From Chrysomallon squamiferum (Eukaryota > Animalia > Mollusca), in assembly GCA_012295275.1 (NCBI GenBank), contig CM022674.1, forward strand, positions 15,066,001-15,130,000: DNA of 64,000 nt, read 5' to 3'. Positions 58,548 through 64,000 of this stretch are shown piece by piece (positions within the stretch are counted from its first letter, which is position 1; the number at the start of each line of letters is the position of its first letter). The notes below the pieces were generated by a model. The model did not search any database, had not been told where the DNA came from, and saw nothing but the letters and a program-made list of their open reading frames with translations. A program made the translations under genes and the position numbers.

Positions 58548-58743
58548 TTCTGCACGACGTCGTTGAACATGTAGTCGAGATAGTATCCCCAGGCTTTGGC
58601 AGCTACGGCGGCTCCAAGCACGTGCTCCAGAATAAGACTCCACCCAGTGACGAAGGCAGAGAGCTCCCCGAACACGGAGTAAGTGTAGATGTAGGATGTG
58701 CCAGCTTTGGGCAGTCGAGTCGATAGCTCTGCCTCGCAAAGTC
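58548..58743 (-). CDS. CAT/SLC7 transporter coding exon 3 (GLCEAELSTRLPKAGTSYIYTYSVFGELSAFVTGWSLILEHVLGAAVAAKAWGYYLDYMFNDVVQK)
   Basis: Acceptor ttttacag, donor AA|gtaaga, 196 nt. Resembles CAT GLCYAEFGARVPKxGSAYxYxYVTVGE..AF..GW.LIL.Y. Confidence 0.94.
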
Positions 58744-59035
58744 CTGTAAAATAAGTGTTAAATCTGCTAGTGTTCCTATATTCCCATAACAGAAGAAATG
58801 CATGTATAGTATTGTCTGAGAGTAAAAATTATAATTATTACAGTGTATTGTCGATACTTCTGCTTCTGCTGTTGCTGTTGCTACAACCGCTACATCAACA
58901 ACTACTACTACTATCACTACTGCTACTGCTACTACTATTTATTTACTTACTCGTATGAATGTTAACATAATATTAAAAGTTTACAAACCACAATACTGCT
59001 GTTGATACAAATATTAAATATTACTACATAATATG

Positions 59036-59172
59036 TTATATTATTGTTGTTTTTGTTATTATTATTATTATTATTATTATTGTTGTTATTATTATTATTA
59101 TTATTGTTATTGTTATTATTATTGTTGTTATTATTGTTATTATTATTATTATTATTATTGTTTTTATTGTTA

Positions 59173-59225
<53 letters not shown>

Positions 59226-59226
59226 G

Positions 59227-59289
<63 letters not shown>
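59036..59289. repeat. (TTA/TTG)n trinucleotide array abutting the exon-2 donor
   Basis: Directly visible; starts a few nt inside the intron. Confidence 0.95.
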
Positions 59290-59291
<2 letters not shown>

Positions 59292-59292
59292 C

Positions 59293-59412
59293 CTGCTAAA
59301 AGGGCGGTAACTGCGGCGAGTAACACGGACAAAACGGAAGCTGGCCCTGCATCACATCGGGCGACATGCGCAGACAGGACGTAAATTCCGAGGCCTGCAC
59401 TGCTGCCTATAC
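59293..59412 (-). CDS. CAT/SLC7 transporter coding exon 2 (GIGSSAGLGIYVLSAHVARCDAGPASVLSVLLAAVTALLAG; TM1-TM2)
   Basis: Acceptor tttttcag, donor G|gtgaat, 120 nt, phase 1-1. Resembles the CAT TM1 motif GVGSTLGAGVYVL...GP. Not in the ORF track. Confidence 0.93.
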
Positions 59413-59712
59413 CTGAAAAACAACATCATCATTCTAACATCTTGTTAGCAGTCTGTTCATCGTCTTTCACAATTCTGTACATGACGCTGTCACTGCTAAT
59501 TTAATATTGCTTTTGATTTATCGAAAGAGTCACAAATAGAGAGACTAACAATATACTATTTATGCGCTAACGCGCGCGTTCTCACATACACAAAAGCACA
59601 TACACACAACACATACCATGTACACAATGCACTAATCTATCTGCTAATATACATTATAACATTATCTACACATTATAGTTAAACATTTCTCTCTCCTTCT
59701 TTTTAATAAGTT

Positions 59713-59801
<89 letters not shown>

Positions 59802-60005
59802 TTACCTGACATTTACGATTTGCTTGATCTTTAAATAAAAAAAAAAATTACGATTCTACAAGTTGTTTTTGAACAAATGAGCAACTAGATGTTTCAGTGA
59901 CAGTTAGCAGGTTTAACCTGCAGGCTATGTTAGGAAACATTTGAAACTAATCATAGTAATCTAACGACAGATGTTTTCCTAGAAAATAAATAAGTAAATG
60001 AACAA

Positions 60006-60044
<39 letters not shown>

Positions 60045-60170
60045 TACAGACATACACACATACAGATAGATATATAGACAGATATACAGACAGATAGATA
60101 GATAGATAGACAGATAGATAAACAGACAGATGTGAGAAAAAGTAGATCCAGAACAAAATAATAATAGCAC

Positions 60171-60204
<34 letters not shown>

Positions 60205-60612
60205 AAGAAGAAGAAGAAGAAGGAAGCAACGTTGGATTTATTTATTTTGTTCAGGTTTATGCTTTTAAAAATAAAAGGAAACTTTACAAAATATAAACTA
60301 TTATAAAAAATCTTTAAAAAATGTAACCTAAAAGCAAATATAAATAACCACCGAATAACTGCTCTTTCCAAGATTTTAATTTAGACATGTTTATTATTTT
60401 ATTAATATTTTTTTTTTTTTAATTTAGTAAAACAAACGTAACAACACTTTTTTCGTGCCATTTGTTTCCCCGACATCAATTTCTTATCGCTATCTTTCTT
60501 CTTATTTTTTTAAAAATATATACTCATGGAATAGATATATTTTTGTATTTACGCAAGACTTTATTTTTGTGCTGATGTGACAGACAGACAGACATAATAA
60601 TATTAGTCTTAC

Positions 60613-60730
60613 CAATGCCGATGAGATCGACGATGTTGAGACATCTGGAGAACGGCGTGTCCAACAGGCTTCGCGTATCCCACAACTTCCTGCGTGTCAC
60701 CGACTCGAGAAGCTTTCTACACAGCCGCAT
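60613..60730 (-). CDS. CAT/SLC7 transporter coding exon 1 (start codon; MRLCRKLLESVTRRKLWDTRSLLDTPFSRCLNIVDLIGI-G)
   Basis: Typical CAT N-terminus (RRK...RCL..DL). Phase-1 donor G|gtaaga. An acceptor ttttttcag lies 11 nt before the ATG (exon starts at 60741), implying an upstream non-coding exon that was not located. Confidence 0.9.
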
Positions 60731-60808
60731 TCTCGAAATGTCTGAAAAAATGTTTAGTCAAATAATATTAATTTCCATACTGCCATCACTCACTCACCCA
60801 CTCAGTCA

Positions 60809-60810
<2 letters not shown>

Positions 60811-60889
<79 letters not shown>

Positions 60890-60897
60890 ACTCTCTA

Positions 60898-60934
<37 letters not shown>

Positions 60935-61037
60935 GTGTCTCTCTCTCTCTCACTCTATCGCTCTCTCTCTTTCTCTCTCTCTCTCACTCACTCTCTTTCT
61001 CTGTGTCTCTCTGTCTCTCTCACTCTCTATCGCTCTC

Positions 61038-61085
<48 letters not shown>

Positions 61086-61140
61086 ATCTCTCTATCTCTT
61101 TCTCTCTGTCTCTTTCTTTCTCTCTCTCTCTCTCTCTCAT

Positions 61141-61231
<91 letters not shown>
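60811..61231. repeat. Long imperfect (CT)n array upstream of the first coding exon
   Basis: Directly visible. Confidence 0.95.
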
Positions 61232-61237
<6 letters not shown>

Positions 61238-62268
61238 TTGTATCACAAACACGATCACAGGCTGTCAGCAAGCTTGATTCTGTGGAGTGTATTATTTCTC
61301 AGTAGAATTTCAGTAGTCATCGTATATTCTAAACAGTTAATATTTTCTTTATACATGGAGCTCATTGGACATTCTGTTTTACATTTCTATCAAAATTTCT
61401 TTTTATTTCAGTTTGTATTAATGATTATTCTAATAAAACATTTTAAGCGTATTTATAACTAAAAGAAAAAGTTACACCACATTATCAGTTAAACAGTAAA
61501 CATGTTTTTAAATTTTGTTTAAGAAAGTACGTTTTTCATTTCAGCATTCTAACAGTAAATTTCTAAATCAATAATATTTTCTTAATATTTCCACTCGTTG
61601 AAGCAGAAGAATTCTTTACTTTTTAAAAGTTTTTTTTTTTTTTTTACCTCATAATAAAATTTATTTCATTTTGAAATTTATAACCACTGACAAGGTGACA
61701 AATTCTCTATCAGCATTGATTCAGTATTCAAATGTTACAATCGACGTTTTATTATGCACGAAAACATTCAAAAAGTTATTTAATAGTAATTATCATTTCT
61801 TCCTTATTATTATTATTATTTTAATTTTAGTTTAAATTTTTTGTAATTGATATAGCGATAACTGAAATACTCTAAAATAGTTTCGGATACATAAACATAT
61901 TAGTGTAAAGGAGTTATATATCGAGAGGAAAAAGAATTGAATACTGAACAGATATTTTATAAGAGAGGATTTAAAAATAAGAGTAAAACAGTTCTATAGA
62001 TACTACCATCTCGACAGCACCTTGAACAGAAATCTTTCTTCTTTATTTTCCAATAAATGTTTTTCTTTTTCTTCTTCAGTAATCTAAGTTGTAATTGCTA
62101 TAACCAGTAACGGGACTAATTTAAAGAAAATGTCATCGGTGAATATAGAAAAACTGATGATGAACATTAGCAAATTCATCCTCAGCTCAAGGTAATTTTA
62201 ATTTGAAAAGAAAGCAGATATTGTGTTGTAAAAGGAAATACATTAGAGAAAAAAACAGCAAAAGGAAA

Positions 62269-62397
<129 letters not shown>

Positions 62398-63258
62398 CAA
62401 GAGAAACAGAGACAGCAGAAGGAAATAGGGACGAAAATGAACATTAAGAAAGGATGTAGAGAGAAAGGAAAGAGCGAGAGAGACCATTATGATGAGAGAA
62501 AAAGTATATAGAGAAAGACAAAGTCTGCACTTTTATTAGAAAGAGAAAGAGTGCATAAGAAATTGATGAGAAGTTTGTTAAAAAAAATATTTCGCATAAT
62601 TTAAACCCGTCAGTTTTTTTACATTTTTTTATCACAAACATTTATATTTTTTCCCTAATTATTTCTAACCCGTTTCTTTGACATTAAAACTTTTCAGTTG
62701 GCTTGTTAATACACTTTGCTTACAGCAGTTTACAAACTAATCGAAATTTTAAGAAAAAATACAACAAACAAAATCTATAATCTAAAAATGACAATTAATG
62801 ACAGATTACAGAAATAGCTGTTGTGATTTATAAAAAAAGTAATAAAAAAAAAAAAAAATGAAGGTCGTGTTTTAGAACAAAGTTAATAACGTAGCTGGCT
62901 TAGCCAAAAAAAAAAAAAATAATAATAAAAAAAAAATATATATATTTGTTTATATCAGAACTGTAAATTTTATCCAGTACTTTGGCGTTTGATGATTATC
63001 ATTTTCTCTCTTAAAAGTTATAAACTTGAAGGAAAAAACTAAACACTAAAACATTTTTTTTCAAATCAAAATAAACTTAAGCGTGTAACATAACGAAAGT
63101 TTTTGTATGTTTAAATAGTTTCTTTGCAGTTCAAGTATATCGAAATAAAGTTTCAAAGTATCAGTATTATTATTTTTTTATGATTTGTTATAACTATAAA
63201 CATGTGAAATATGTGTTTGGTTTGACTGTCTTTAATGAAAGAGTATTATTATTTTAAA

Positions 63259-63317
63259 CATAGAAATTTGAATAAATTCCATAGAAATTTGAATAAGCTT
63301 CCATAGAAATTTGAATA
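63259..63317 (+). repeat. 21-22-bp tandem repeat x3 (catagaaatttgaataa...)
   Basis: Directly visible. Confidence 0.85.
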
Positions 63318-63710
63318 ATAGTAATAATAATAATAATTCTGACAGTATATTTCATATAACTGTATATATAGAGAGAGTAAAAACACACATTTCGTTCCAA
63401 AAAATCAAAAACACATATACATACAAACTTAAAAACGCATACGCAAATACACATACATACACATATACAAACATATATACCAAATAAATATATGGAATCG
63501 ACAACAATAAACTTCATCATTATGATGATCATGACCATCTTCTCCATCATAAAAGCTATTATTATATAAAAGAAATAATATGAGTCGAAAATTAAACTAA
63601 GCTGTGGTCCATTTAAAACTGATAATTTTCAATCGGTGATTTGTTCCATACATCTAATATTATCCCTTTTCGTTCATTCATTCATTTTTCCTTCTTTCTA
63701 TCGTCACTCA

Positions 63711-63758
<48 letters not shown>

Positions 63759-64000
63759 GTTATTGTTGTTGTTGTTGTTGTTGTTGTTCTATTAGTCATG
63801 TGTGTGTGTGTGTCTTCACATTATTTTACACTTTTGTCATTGTCCTGTGCATTATTTGATTATTATTACAATTATCACCGTCATCGCAAATAAAAAAAAA
63901 AAAAAAACAATACAAAGAAATTAGATTGCGGATGATTATTATTTGTTAGGAACGACAATCGTGTATCACGGAAATAAGTAATAACAAAGTAGGGACGTCT

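Overview
Eukaryotic, very AT-rich, microsatellite-dense genomic DNA. It is probably from an invertebrate animal; the degenerate tRNA-type SINEs and the repeat landscape suggest a mollusc, but this is inference. Nearly all ORFs in the supplied track are microsatellite artefacts. Two spliced genes were reconstructed by hand, both on the minus strand. (1) A complete 7-coding-exon cationic amino acid transporter (CAT/SLC7, APC superfamily): ATG 60730 to TGA 41082, 1992 nt, 663 aa, with all six introns GT-AG and phase-consistent. (2) A small, apparently orphan secreted Cys/Pro-containing protein near the left edge: exons 1664-1640, 786-622 and probably 103-87, about 68 aa, with a second candidate signal-peptide first exon at 4094-4055. 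The ~36 kb between them has no convincing coding exon. It holds a three-copy inverted/direct repeat structure, several minisatellite arrays, SINE remnants and GC-richer islands that look like cis-regulatory elements. No CRISPR array, rRNA, intact tRNA or transposase was seen. No wholly new biological system can be demonstrated from sequence alone; the best leads are the orphan peptide gene, the divergent transporter and the repeat architectures.
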